Assembly: GCA_040954595.2 (NCBI GenBank)
Contig: CM082590.2
Location: forward strand, 1,488,001 to 1,552,000
Direction of reading: 5' to 3'
DNA: 64,000 nt
Source: Balanoglossus misakiensis
Lineage: Eukaryota; Animalia; Hemichordata
In this document: piece by piece, positions 45,001 to 57,049 of the stretch
Layout: every line of letters begins with the position of its first letter
How positions within the stretch are numbered: position 1 is the stretch's first letter
Made by a program: the position numbers and the translations under genes
Notes under the pieces: model-generated
Told to the model about the DNA's origin: nothing
Seen by the model: only the letters and a program-made list of their open reading frames with translations
Databases searched by the model: none

Positions 45001-47930
45001 GTCTCAGGAAGTAAGCTTTCAGCCTACCAATATAGCTATTGTATTTTCCACTCTTTGTAAGTGAAGCCTGACTATCGCCTGTCTTAGGTCACCACTTTAT
45101 AAGTGGTCTTACCCGTCATTGGCACAAACAGTCTCAGGAAGTAAGCTTTCAGCCTACCATTGTAGCTATTATATTTTCCACTTTTTGTAAGTGAAGCCTG
45201 ACTGTCGCCTGTCTTAGGTCACCACTTCATAAGCGGTCTTACCCGTCATTGGCACAAACAGTCTCAGGAAGTAAGCTTTCAGCCTACCAATGTTGCTATT
45301 ATATTTTCCACTTTTTGTAAGTGAAGCCTGACTGTCGCCTGTCTTAGGTCACCACTTCATAAGCGGTCTTACCCGTCATTGGCACAAACAGTCTCAGGAA
45401 GTAAGCTTTTAGCCTACCAATGTAGCTATTATATTTTCCACTTTTTGTAAGTGAAGCCTGACTGTCGCCTGTCTTAGGTCACCACTTCATAAGCGGTCTT
45501 ACCCGTCATTGGCACAAACAGTCTAAGGAAGTAAGCTTTTAGCCTACCAATGTAGCTATTGTATTTTCCACTGTTTGTAAGTGAAGCCTGACTATCACCT
45601 GTCTTAGGTCACCACTTCATAAGCGGTCTTACCCGTCATTGGCACAAACAGTCTAAGGAAGTAAGCTTTCAGCCTACCAATGTAGCTATTGTATTTTCCA
45701 CTGTTTGTAAGTGAAGCCTGACTGTCACCTGTCTTAGGTTACCACTTCATAAGCGGTCTTACCCGTCATTGGCACTAACAGTCTCAGGAAGTAAGCTTTC
45801 AGCCTACCAATGTAGCTATTATATTTTCCACTTTTTGTAAGTGAAGACTGACTGTCGCCGGTCTTAGGTCACCACTTTATAAGTGGTCTTACCCGTCATT
45901 GGCACAAACAGTCTCAGGAAGTAAGCTTTTAGCCTACCAATATAGCTATTGTATTTTCCACTGTTTGTAAGTGAAGCCTGACTATCGCCTGTCTTAGGTC
46001 ACCACTTTATAAGTGGTCTTACCCGTCATTGGCACAAACAGTCTCAGGAAGTAAGCTTTTAGCCTACCAATATAGCTATTGTATTTTCCACTGTTTGTAA
46101 GTGAAGCCTGACTATCGCCTGTCTTAGGTCACCACTTTATAAGTGGTCTTACCCGTCATTGGCACAAACAGTCTCAGGAAGTAAGCTTTCAGCCTACCAT
46201 TGTAGCTATTATATTTTCCACTTTTTGTAAGTGAAGCCTGACTGTCGCCTGTCTTAGGTCACCACTTCATAAGCGGTCTTACCCGTCATTGGCACAAACA
46301 GTCTCAGGAAGTAAGCTTTCAGCCTACCAATGTAGCTATTATATTTTCCACTTTTTGTAAGTGAAGCCTGACTGTCGCCTGTCTTAGGTCACCACTTCAT
46401 AAGCGGTCTTACCCGTCATTGGCACAAACAGTCTAAGGAAGTAAGCTTTTAGCCAACCAATGTAGCTATTGTATTTTCCACTGTTTGTAAGTGAAGCCTG
46501 ACTGTCACCTGTCTTAGGTCACCACTTCATAAGCGGTCTTACCCGTCATTGGCACAAACAGTCTAAGGAAGTAAGCTTTCAGCCTACCAATGTAGCTATT
46601 GTATTTTCCACTGTTTGTAAGTGAAGCCTGACTGTCACCTGTCTTAGGTTACCACTTCATAAGCGGTCTTACCCGTCATTGGCACAAACAGTCTCAGGAA
46701 GTAAGCTTTCAGCCTACCAATGTAGCTATTATATTTTCCACTTTTTGTAAGTGAAGACTGACTGTCGCCGGTCTTAGGTCACCACTTCATGAGCGGTCTT
46801 ACCCGTCATTGGCACAAACAGTCTCAGGAAGTAAGCTTTCAGCCTACCATTGTAGCTATTATATTTTCCACTTTTTGTAAGTGAAGCCTGACTGTCGCCT
46901 GTCTTAGGTCACCACTTCATAAGCGGTCTTACCCGTCATTGGCACAAACAGTCTCAGGAAGTAAGCTTTCAGCCTACAAATGTAGCTATTATATTTTCCA
47001 CTTTTTGTAAGTGAAGCCTGACTGTCGCCTGTCTTAGGTCACCACTTCATAAGCGGTCATACCCGTCATTGGCACAAACAGTCTCAGGAAGTAAGCTTTC
47101 AGCCTACCAATGTAGCTATTGTATTTTCTACTTTTTGTAAGTGAAGCCTGACTGTCGCCTGTCTTAGGTCACCACTTCATAAGCGGTCTTACCCGTCATT
47201 GGCTCAAACAGTCTCAGGAAGTAAGCTTTCGGCCTACCAATGTAGCTATTGTATTTTCCACTTTTTGTAAGTGAAGCCTGACTGTCGCCTGTCTTAGGTC
47301 ACCACTTCATAAGCGGTCTTACCTGTCATTGGCACAAACAGTCTCAGGAAGTAAGCTTTCAGCCTACCAATGTAGCTATTGTATTTTCCACTTTTTGTAA
47401 GTGAAGCCTGACTGTCGCCTGTCTTAGGTCACCACTTCATAAGCGGTCTTACCCGTTATTGGCACAAACAGTCTAAGGAAGTAAGCTTTCAGCCTACCAA
47501 TGTAGCTATTATATTTTCCACTTTTTGTAAGTGAAGCCTGACTGTCGCCTGTCTTAGGTCACCACTTCATAAGCGGTCTTACCCGTCATTGGCACAAACA
47601 GTCTAAGGAAGTAAGCTTTTAGCCTACCAATGTAGCTATTATATTTTCCACTTTTTGTAAGTGAAGCCTGACTGTCGCCTGTCTTAGGTCACCACTTCAT
47701 AAGCGGTCTTACCCGTCATTGGCACAAACAGTCTCAGGAAGTAAACTTTCAGCCTACCAATGTAGCTATTATATTTTCCACTTTTTGTAAGTGAAGCCTG
47801 ACTGTCGCCTGTCTTAGGTCACAACTTCATAAGCGGTCTTACCCGTCATTGGCACAAACAGTCTAAGGAAGTAAGCTTTTAGCCAACCAATGTAGCTATT
47901 ATATTTTCCACTTTTTGTAAGTGAAGCCTG
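1..47930. repeat. Satellite DNA array, 130-bp monomer (about 360 copies), runs off the left edge of the window
   Basis: Consensus attatattttccactttttgtaagtgaagcctgactgtcgcctgtcttaggtcaccacttcataagcggtcttacccgtcattggcacaaacagtctcaggaagtaagctttcagcctaccaatgtagct repeats at 1, 131, 261 and so on, with few substitutions per copy. One HindIII site (aagctt) occurs in most monomers. The ORF track has nothing inside the array. Confidence 0.99.
40830..43150. repeat. Local 6-mer higher-order repeat (780 bp x ~3) within the satellite
   Basis: The diagnostic variant 'tttagctattctatt' occurs at 41521, 42301 and 43081, and 'acaatctcagg' in the lines at 41221, 42001 and 42781. Both have a 780-bp period. 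Confidence 0.85.
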
Positions 47931-48801
47931 AAGCAGTGAAACTGGGACATAAAGGTCCAAACAATGAGGCTGACCACATGGTTACAGCTCCAATTACGGC
48001 AATTGTGAAGTGTGGTGGAACTGCAGATGACTGACGTTGCCCAGGGCAACGGCGGGAGCAGCGGGACCTGATTGACAGGAGCTGTACATAGCAGTTGTGA
48101 ACATAGTATATGAAATAATTTAAAATAGTCATTGCTCTCTGGGTCCATCATTTTTAGTAGAAGTGACCTGATTTCACATCAATAGTTAACCACCCGTCAT
48201 TTCCAGCTAATTTCATGTAGTAGAAAACTCCTATACAACATAATGACATTTCTAGAACCTTTTTTTGCTGGTTGGGCCGACAGACTAACACTAGTGGTTC
48301 TACAAAGAAACTTCCATAACAACCTGTACGCTTGACGCGTTCAAGTCAAGGCAGACCTAACCCATTCAAAATATGCAAATTAGGAAAAGACGCATACATG
48401 CATTCCTTGCATCCCCAGAGACACACACAGGAAATCAAGCGAGTGTGGCCACTAGCTGGAAAAGCTGAATTCAATGCATTGCCTTGCGATGTTCATGATA
48501 CAGGGGGGTGATGATCAATGAACAGAACAGCAGTCCACTTTAACGAGTTGTAGTGCACTGATCAAGTTGATCATGGCAAAACAAACGACTATGTTAGAAA
48601 TCAGTGCTTCACAAGTTTGGCTAATTTGTATGAAAATCGTTTCGCCAAGCACAACCTTTTTTTTCGCATTTGCGATTTGGCGAGCGGGTAGCAAAAACAC
48701 TGCTGGCTAATCCGTTCCGATTTCTGTCTCTGTTCCAATTCTTCCTCAAAGCTACACACCCCTACTAGAAAATGGTATGAATTCTTGACGGACGGAAGTA
48801 A

Positions 48802-48836
48802 TAGCAGTCAAGAAACTGGGTAGTGAATTTGCATAT
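48802..48836 (+). repeat. Left TIR of the Academ-like element
   Basis: tagcagtcaagaaactgggtagtgaatttgcatat is the inverted match to 52106-52140. Confidence 0.85.
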
Positions 48837-49634
48837 TTTATCATCGATGGAGCCTCGCTTTCGAACACGCGGGAGCTGCAAACATGGCGTTTGCTACCCT
48901 CGCCATTGTCATGTAAACACATTTTAGAAGTGTTTTATCTCAGTTAAAAACCCCGAAAGAAAAAGAAAAATCAACTTTTCTGAGGTATTATAAAGAAATT
49001 ATTGGGATAACGAAAAAATCCGCCATTTTTAGTGTCATTTTCTTGCAATTCACGACCTATCTCGGCACCAGTCATTACGGTGATTTATCACGCTACGACG
49101 GGCCAACTTTCAGCAAACGGGTACGGGGTCAAGGAGGTCGTGAGCCATCACGATATTTCAATCACATGATTTGGAAAGTTCAAGGGTACTTCAGTCCAAA
49201 TATGGGAGTAGTGCCCCTTGCAAACGCAAACGACGCAGTGTTGACTGATCCAGGTCACTTACTTCCAGGTTTCGATGTTGCGCGCGATGTGTATGCGTTG
49301 AAGTTAGTCATGCGTACAGGTCTGTAGGTTCCCGGCGTTAATTAAAGCCGCCCGGCCGCGAACCACACGATGTGGGCTTAAGGCCAACCTGCACGACCCA
49401 GTCCACCAGGGCTACAATTATTGCGGCTACGGTTATGCGAAATACTGACTCTCCTTGCAAGTCACCGCGTATGTTGCATGCCCCCCCCGCCACGTACAGC
49501 CACACTGAGTTAGTAACATTGGCAAATACATTTGCTAGTTTTACCCAGTAATTTCACTGTCAAGGTGCTATCATCAACTTCGAGAACATTTTCTTCTGGT
49601 AAATCATATTCTTGTTCATCCTAAATAATTTCTT

Positions 49635-50025
49635 CTATTTCACAATTTGTGATTTCATTATCATCATTATTTGTTTCTTCTTCAATAATTTCATCAGTTT
49701 CTGTCTGCAGTTCCCCGCCCTTGTTATTGTATTGTTCACACAGTTCAGGCAATTACAGCCTGGGCCACACATCATGCCCTTCTTTTTGCATTTACATGTA
49801 TTCCTGCATCCTGTTTTCTTACATTTACACCCTTTTGTGTAAAACATCACACGCTCTTGAACCTTCTGCATATTTTCCACAGAATCCCACAGTATATTTA
49901 TTTTTCCCATTTTCCACATTGTATCCTGAGTTTTCATAAGAAGGAAGTGTAATGTGATGTCGGTGAGCTTGTGACCAATAACATGGGTTCTCCAACAACC
50001 AGTTTGTCCCCAACATGCATTGCAT
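49635..50025 (-). pseudogene. Frameshifted C-terminal fragment of an Academ-like transposase protein with a Cys8/CXC zinc finger
   Basis: Two overlapping ORFs read ...YWSQAHRHHITLPSYENSGY... and ...ILWDSVENMQKVQERVMFYTKGCKCKKTGCRNTCKCKKKGMMCGPGCNCLNCVN. Family assignment is by motif recognition only. Confidence 0.65.
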
Positions 50026-50316
50026 TGCTGTTTTGATTAAAATTATTTCATCCAGCTCAGCCTCTGGATTAAAATTATCAAATTATCTTTACGTTTACAT
50101 ATAATGTTTGATAACCCTGTGTCACTTCAGTTACAATTTTTTTCTTTTCATTTGTCTACTGTGCGGTACAAAGACATGTAGCACTTTTTACACAGTGTGC
50201 TAGTTTCATCCAGTTTTAATCCAGGATAGTCCCCATGTTCAGTAAAGTGCTCCATTAGTAACTCTGGATTGTGGGGATATTTTAGAGTAGAAGAGGTCAA
50301 GCGTTTATGACAATGG

Positions 50317-51538
50317 CTAGAAATCTGGTTTTATCATCCACCCTGGATTGTGGCAAGAGACATTTCCACAAATGTGACACGTTTTGTCTTTTTGATGAGG
50401 TGCCTGTTCGGTACTATCCTGGGCTTGTGCTTCAAAGTCCTTTTCTACACATATTCTGCAGCTATTGAATAGACAACCAGATGGAGATAAATTCATTTCT
50501 TTTACAACCCAATCTTTGAAATTGTCTGGCTTATTTACTGTACCCGGTATGTGGTACCATCTTGGAGTTGATGATATGTTACACTTTTTGGGGGTCCACA
50601 TTTTTCTTTGTCCTGCTGACTTAATGGAAGAACTCCTCCAAACCCACTAATATAAATGTATAAATGCATCCCCCTTTTGTTGGTATATTTATTCGTCCAT
50701 ACAAGGGTGTATAGAATAATTTGAAACTATCAGTATTCAAATTTAATTCCTCAGATATTACATTTTTCAAGGAGCTGACATATGGATCTGTGAGCCGAAA
50801 AAAAATACTCATGTGAATTTAGATGAACAATTATGTCACATCCACTTGTAATCTTTTTATCAGATTGAATTGCCTTGAATTTTGATTTGAGTCTACAGAA
50901 TCTGCTTTGTATGTCACATAACAGGAGTAAGGCTTGACTGCATTGTGACAAACGTTTTTTAATCATGGTTTCTGCCATAATAATGGACTTGTCTTTTATA
51001 AATTCTTGGCGACGCTTATGGCAATGATGTTTTAGAGGTCCTGAAATTTTGCACACAGACTGCAGCAATTTTTTAAACTCTTGCAGTTGATTACACACTG
51101 TTTTTATTTGTTTCACTACATTATTTTTTACTTTACTCTTATCCTGCATTTTTAATACAAATATTATATCGATGCTCTGCCAGTCGTAAAAATGTGGAAA
51201 TATGGTACTTGTAAGCTTTGTAATTATTAAATGAAGGCTTGCTAGCACTTTTAAGCACATTTAAAATATTTGCAACTTTTGTTTTTATTTCAGTTGAGTG
51301 TGTATACAGAACCTTGTTTTTTCCACTTCAGAGCAGCTTTGTTAATTTGCAACAATGAATTTTTACTGACAGAGTTTATGCGTGAACGATGCACCCTCCT
51401 TGTCCACAAAGACAAGGATTGACTCCACATACAATCACCATTTTTATGCGTTTTATGGTTATCTGTAGTACAAACATGTACTATAGTAGTATAACTCTGG
51501 AAGCCAACAATGCACCAATAAATCCGAAAAAAATCCAC
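50317..51538 (-). pseudogene. Fragmented N-terminal region of the same transposon protein
   Basis: A chain of same-strand short ORFs (51290-51538, 50751-51260, 50621-50812, 50317-50601) lies inside the TIRs. It includes Cys motifs (CRIC, CHIC). No catalytic core is recognisable. Confidence 0.4.
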
Positions 51539-52105
51539 TTCACTGGTAAAACAATAGCAAAGTGATAGCTATGTTAATGTGAGACGAAAATATACACGAT
51601 TTAGTCCTACACAAGAATCATGCATGGATGCACCTCAGTGACACGATCACGATCCGATGAGAGAGTAAACAATCAGCCGCCATATTGGATTTTGCTGGCG
51701 TCGACCACCCAAAACATACTCAAATTCAATGGCCCGAAACTCCACTTTGGGAAGCTTGAGCCAAAACGAAACGATATCCGTTCAAAATATAAGATATAAA
51801 ACTAATACAAAACGCACACTTGAAACAATTTTATGCAAACGGAAATGACGCAGTGTTTATTTTACCACATTCGCTAGACGTCGCTTACAAATAATATCAG
51901 AGATCGAACAGAAACACAATAAATTTTTCACTTTCAACACGATCGGACGATAGGTTACGTCTATCAAACCTGAGGGACGCAGTTTGGTGGCACAAATCTC
52001 ACTTTTTGGTGTAGAAAAAGACGATTTTCTGAAACTGAAAAAATACACCAACGGTTCTCGAAGTAATGGTGGCGCTGTTGAAATTCAAAGTAAAATCTCA
52101 TTAAC

Positions 52106-52140
52106 ATATGCAAATTTACTACCCAGTTTCTCGACTGGTA
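52106..52140 (-). repeat. Right TIR of the Academ-like element
   Basis: atatgcaaatttactacccagtttctcgactggta; its reverse complement is taccagtcgagaaactgggtagtaaatttgcatat. Confidence 0.85.
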
Positions 52141-52764
52141 GCTCATACCCAACATGACAGACTCCTTTGTTTACACTTTGGAGCCAAAAAGGTTGGAGCG
52201 GGGGAGGGGGGGGGGGTATCTACATTGATGCACGTGGGGATATGAGAAACAAAATACTTTTTTACAAGAAAAATCTATGCCGTCTTTCTGCCTGTATGTT
52301 TCTACTACAAGCTCTTATAGAAACATGATTATGAAATAAGTTTGCAAGACTGTATGGAAGAATATCCTGAACTCAACATTAAAGTGAAGGGGTCGTCGCG
52401 CCGCGTTTGTTTATAAACATTACAATTCATCCACAACAAATTAGATCATTCTTAGAATGAACGAAGCAGCCAACTGTAGTGTAGACTGGGCATGGCAGCA
52501 ACTGACGATCCTAGTAGGTCGTGGCGACTGCAGTGGGGTTTGCACTGGTATGGGAGGGCATATTCTCATCAAGGGGGGACACCCTCGCGGCGCGACGACC
52601 CCTTCCCTACTGTTGCTGAAAAATACTTTTATATGAAAGTTGAAACAGTGATAGTTGCACATGAGGTATCTGATATGGCATTAACATAAACATAACAAAA
52701 TAAAGTTTTGAATGTTCCTTGCAATCTGCAATTGCATGAAAATATTCTCTAGTACTGTTAATGA

Positions 52765-53560
52765 AGTATATAATGTCTGCTCCTAATTCTGCAAAATGTG
52801 TGTTACTAAAATGTTATACCATTAGTGACACTATGACTAATAATAAAATATCATACTCTCCCCTTATGTATTTCAGCTGTTAATGAAATGATATTCCCAT
52901 CCCTATCTTTGTACTGGTACTAAGCTATAAGTAAAATGTTACACTTATCCCAAGCATAGTACTGGTATTATAACTGGTAGTCCAATGCCATGCCCATCCC
53001 CTTGCTGTGTTAATTGATAATAAAGTGTCATACCCTCCCCTTGTTCTGTACTGTTGCTGTTAATAAAATGTTATGACAATCCCTCATTGTACTACATGTA
53101 ATACTTAACTGTAAGTACAATATCATGCACATCCCTTGCTTTTTAGTAAAATGCCATGCCTTCCCCTAGTTCTGTACTATAACTGTTAGTCATATGTCAT
53201 GTCCAACACTCACTTTGTACTATAAGTTACCAATAATAAAAATGTCATGCCCTCCCTGCTTCTCTATAGTTGTTAATAAAATGTTACTCCCACCCCAAGG
53301 GTTGTACTGGTACTTGAACTGTTAGTAAAATATCATGCCCATGTTCCTAGTTATGAACTGACACGTTTAGGCTAATCAACTGTAATGCTCATGTACTTGG
53401 TTTAGTAAAATGTCTGCCAATGTCTTGCCTAGTTCTACAACTCATAATAAAATGCCATGCCCTCCCCTAGTTCCGTACTGTAGGGGTCAATAAAACGCAT
53501 TATCTGGCCACCCCTAGCTCTTAAGTTGATCGTATGCCATGCCGAAACCTAGTTCTGTAT
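52765..53560. repeat. Old degenerate minisatellite, ~40-46-bp unit
   Basis: A motif approximating actgttagtaaaatgtcatgccctcccctagttctgtact recurs (e.g. near 53020, 53145, 53240, 53320, 53450). Boundaries are approximate. Confidence 0.7.
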
Positions 53561-55311
53561 TGTGACTTAGAGCTTAGATGGTCCTATAAAGCTTATAAAA
53601 CTTGTGCACACTCCAAATAGGCCGAAAATGTCTTGTGTACCGACTGACAATAAACTGTCATTTCATCCCAGCTATGCACTCAAAAAATGACGTGGCATTA
53701 ACACTAGAGGACGTGTACTGATCTGAGTGAATCAGATCCCGTGAGGAGTACGGTGCCCAGAGTACACGTGTACTAGTAGAGAAATGCCAAGTGTTGCTAC
53801 ATCTTCGCGCTTCGCCCGCCAGTGCTCTCCGGAAAATAGGAGTGTGGTCGAGCGAACACATGCGAGCAGAAAGTCGTGTTGCGACCATCGGTGAGGCGAA
53901 TTAAGACACAGCGCTAATAATAGTGTCTGTAACGACTATCACACCAAAACTCATTTACAGTTAATATAAAAACAGACTACGTCGGAGAAGTCTTTCGACG
54001 TGTCTTCGTTTGCGAGGAGCCATTTGTATCTGCATTTGCATACCAGAAAGCCACACCTTCCAGCCTCGTTCGCGGGTGACTTGTTTGTAATTGCCAAAGG
54101 CGAGTTAGGCACGTGCTTAGTTTTTTGGGTGTCAGTGTAATCGTCCATGGTAACTTATTTGTCTATTACATATTTTATATGTCATCTTTCTTATCAAGCC
54201 TTGATCTAATTACATGTTATTTTCGTCAACACCACGGGTTCACAGAGTTTTGTTTCCAGGATGTCTGCAGTTGAATACAGCACACACGTCTGCTTCTTGC
54301 CTCGATGTCAGAGAGCGCAGCAATAAATAATGTATGGTAATTAGGTATATGTCACTTTCTTAGATCAAAATCATTTAAGTTAACAAAATAATGGTAAGTA
54401 CATAAAAAATTAAATGGGGGACGAGATAAGGGTGAAGCAATAGTAATTCAAATCAAATCAAATCTAAAATACACGTGAAATCCTGGTTTGTCTTCATTAA
54501 ACTAAATTGACGCGCATGAAGGGCTGCAGTCCATTTGTTAATTCTCTTGATCGTTCTCTCTATTGAACCCAACAGTAAAATACAAAAAGGTAAGCCAGAC
54601 CGGCCAGGTGCTAACTTGGTCTGACTGGTACGCTGGAAAGGGAAATCGTCAGACAGCACCATTTTCAGGACAAGATGTCAATTATGTTTGTGCTACCGGT
54701 GGATGCAATGGTCCTCTCATTGTATTATAGAGCTACTATATTTACGAAATTCGCTTAGCAATGCTTTGTTTCGGCTTTACAACCTGAAGCCAGAGTTTGA
54801 AGCAATGAGGTAGGCTGTTGTTATGTTGACCTTCCAAATTTTTGGCCAATTGAGAAAATTATTCGGCACATCAAGGGAGAATCTCCAATAATCTCTGCCG
54901 GAACAGTTGAAAAAGGACAAATCTATCGCATATGTCCCAAATGTCCCTGGCTAATTGGGCTGTGGAGACCGGCTGCATAAATGGGTTGTCACCTCAGACG
55001 AAATCATTTACGGTGCGAAGTGTAATTCTATTACGTCCTCACACTCAAGGAACCACATGAGATATGCACTGCGCATGAGTAACTTCAGTTGCACTGTTGA
55101 CCTACGCCAGCGAAACACGTTGTGTTCTCGTCTGGCTCAATTTTGCGATTATTTTTGTAACTTTGTTAAGCCGAGTTGGTCAAGGTACAATTCGGTGATA
55201 CTATTTGTTTTTGTCGCTCGAACGTGGTTCGATTTTAGCAGTTTTTAGTACGTCTGAAGACATTTGGAAGACTAACTTTGTGTTAGCGTCGCAACGTGAG
55301 TTGTACACGTC

Positions 55312-56535
55312 ATGCCACCCAAACGAAGTGTCAGCACGGACATTGCATCTAAGGATGCTGGGGGTGCAGTTGTTTCAGACGTTGACAAACAGTCCAAGCG
55401 TAAACGTGATAGTGCCGCTGTTTTAGTCACGGGCGACACAACGTCGGAGGCGACTACTAGCAAGGTGAGCAGGTCATCTGTAGACACACCGGCTGGTTCT
55501 GGTGAGATTTCGGCCATTTTGAATCTGCTTTCGGAGATCAAGGACAATCAGGGTAAGCTCACTACGCGTATGGAGAAAATTGAACAGGATTGATATTATG
55601 AAGATGACAATGATGTTTGTGTTGAAGATGTCGAGGATGAGACAACTGTCTCACGCATGAAACCTTCTGCTTCGGACGCGTCCGAAGTTGGTGCTACGGC
55701 TAGCGGCAGTGCTACTGCTACTGATGCCACTGTGAGTGATGTCACCAGTCAACCAAGCATGTTCAAGGATATGGCTACCAAGTTTCTTGTAAAGGAACAA
55801 TGTGATGATACTGTTGATGAAGATTTTGCTACTATGATTAATGCTTTCTTCAGGGATGGAATTCCTGATGAGAAATACAATGATCTTGTTAAGAAGTTTC
55901 TTCGCCCAGAAAACTGTCATGGGTTGACAAATGTAAGAGTAAACCAACCGATTTGGGATATCATACGCCCAGAGACAAGAACTTTGGACACAAAGTTCCA
56001 GGTAGTGCAAAATTCCCTTGTGAAGGGATCAGTTTGTGTAACTCAACTGGTTAGTGAACTAGCCAAGTTAAAGGACAAACCTCAGGATAATGTTGACATC
56101 CAGAAATTACTTGATCTGGGCACCCATTCACTGGCCTTTTTGGGGCACACCAATCGGCTGTTAAATCTCAGGAGACGAGATTGCATTAAACCGGATTTGA
56201 GACTGGATTATCTCCATTTGTGCTCTTCTACTGTGCCATTCACAGACTATTTGTTTGGCGATGACATTTCCAGACGAGTAAAAGATATACAAGAAGTCAA
56301 TAAGGCTGGAAATAAAATTGGTGTGCGACAAATGAGAGGAGGTTATCGTGCCAGAATGAGAGGTCGTGGTTTCCGCTACAGAGGACCAGTTAGAGGTCGT
56401 GGCAACTACAGACAATTTGCTGAATACCGTGATAGTCCAAAAAACTACTACAAAGGGCCAAGGCCTCAAGCCAAGTCTCAAGCGAAGAAGAGGCTATGGA
56501 TACCACTGCTGTTTCACCTGGGAGTATTTCACTAG
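55312..56535 (+). pseudogene. gag: DIRS-type gag-like ORF1 with one in-frame stop (TGA 55591-55593)
   Basis: ORFs 55312-55593 and 55657-56535 are in the same frame, and the intervening acidic stretch is open. Motifs RPENC...RVNQPIW...DTKFQVVQNSLVKG, LNLRRRD, LFGDD and an RG-rich tail are typical of invertebrate DIRS ORF1. Confidence 0.75.
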
Positions 56536-56703
56536 GTAATGTACAAAGTTTTACAGCAGTTAGACTGAAACATTTTGCAGATAAATGGCGTAATATTACA
56601 TCTGATGAACGTATAATTGATATTGCTCTGCATGCTCACATTGAATTTACCAATGGTCTTCCACCAGTGCAAGTGTATGCACCTAAATCAGCATCTTTCA
56701 ATG
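56496..56703 (+). pseudogene. pol: Truncated N-terminus of the DIRS pol (RT) ORF
   Basis: AVRLKHFADKWRNITSDERIIDIALHAHIEF...PP matches the 'GRL..F...W..IT.D..IL.....G..IEF...P' start of DIRS pol. It overlaps the gag 3' end and is broken by the insertion. Confidence 0.75.
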
Positions 56704-56783
56704 CTATAATATTTAAAGCCTTATAACTCCGCTCTAGAATATGCCTATTGTTATAGGAGTGGGTCCGGGTTTTATGTTATGTT
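56704..56783 (-). repeat. Terminal repeat B2 (80 bp)
   Basis: ctataatatttaaagccttataactccgctctagaatatgcctattgttataggagtgggtccgggttttatgttatgtt is identical to 57050-57129. Confidence 0.93.
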
Positions 56784-57049
56784 GGCCAAATTCCAGAGCG
56801 GGGTTGCTGAAGGGTGGGAGGGTGGGCAAAACTCCCAAATCGCTCATCGGTACACATAAACCCCCACCCGCCCGCCACTTATATGCCCTGACCTTCCACC
56901 TTATCTGCTCTAACTGCTGCCTCCTGTGGTTAAGGAATGGTACTGAGCCCATGTGCGGATATTCGCTAACTTTTATACGGGTTCTCATGAATATTCATAA
57001 TAAATTAGCATATGCGGATATATATCGCGTAGTGATGCGGCTTTAAATA
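56784..57049 (-). promoter_or_regulatory. Putative A2 repeat (266 bp) carrying Pol II core-promoter motifs
   Basis: It lies between the two B copies. The minus strand has TATAAAAG (56977-56970) and an Inr-like TCAGT (A at 56944). Upstream are an ATGAATATTCAT palindrome and an octamer-like ATGCTAAT. The partner A1 is not in the window. Confidence 0.55.

Larger units (their letters stand above)
48802..52140 (-). mobile_element. Degenerate, internally deleted TIR DNA transposon, Academ(X)-like
   Basis: 35-bp terminal inverted repeats (32/35 identical) start with TA and enclose minus-strand ORF fragments. These end in a Cys8/CXC-type finger typical of the C-terminus of Academ XPG-type proteins. 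No TSD is visible. Confidence 0.7.
55020..56703 (+). mobile_element. 5' portion of a DIRS-order retrotransposon (host element), interrupted by a nested insertion
   Basis: A gag-like ORF is followed by an overlapping pol ORF start, which is cut at 56704. The left boundary is only an estimate. Confidence 0.75.

Noticed and set aside
1-47930. CRISPR array or coding tandem repeat
   Set aside because: Monomers are contiguous near-identical units with no unique spacers, no cas genes are present, and the ORF track shows no long ORF in any frame.
47879-48700. Short minus-strand ORFs at the satellite edge
   Set aside because: No recognisable domains; two of them simply run into the satellite.
52199-52217. 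G-run as a functional G-quadruplex
   Set aside because: A simple homopolymer tract with no supporting context.
53710-53780. Small hairpin and palindromes (gatctga-gtgaa-tcagatc, gtacacgtgtac) as a tRNA, SINE or MITE
   Set aside because: No cloverleaf, A/B boxes or terminal repeats could be identified.
54670-54950. THAP-like fragment (VNYVCATGGCNG...RICPKC)
   Set aside because: Stops intervene and the conserved FP/W motifs are missing, so the match is too weak.
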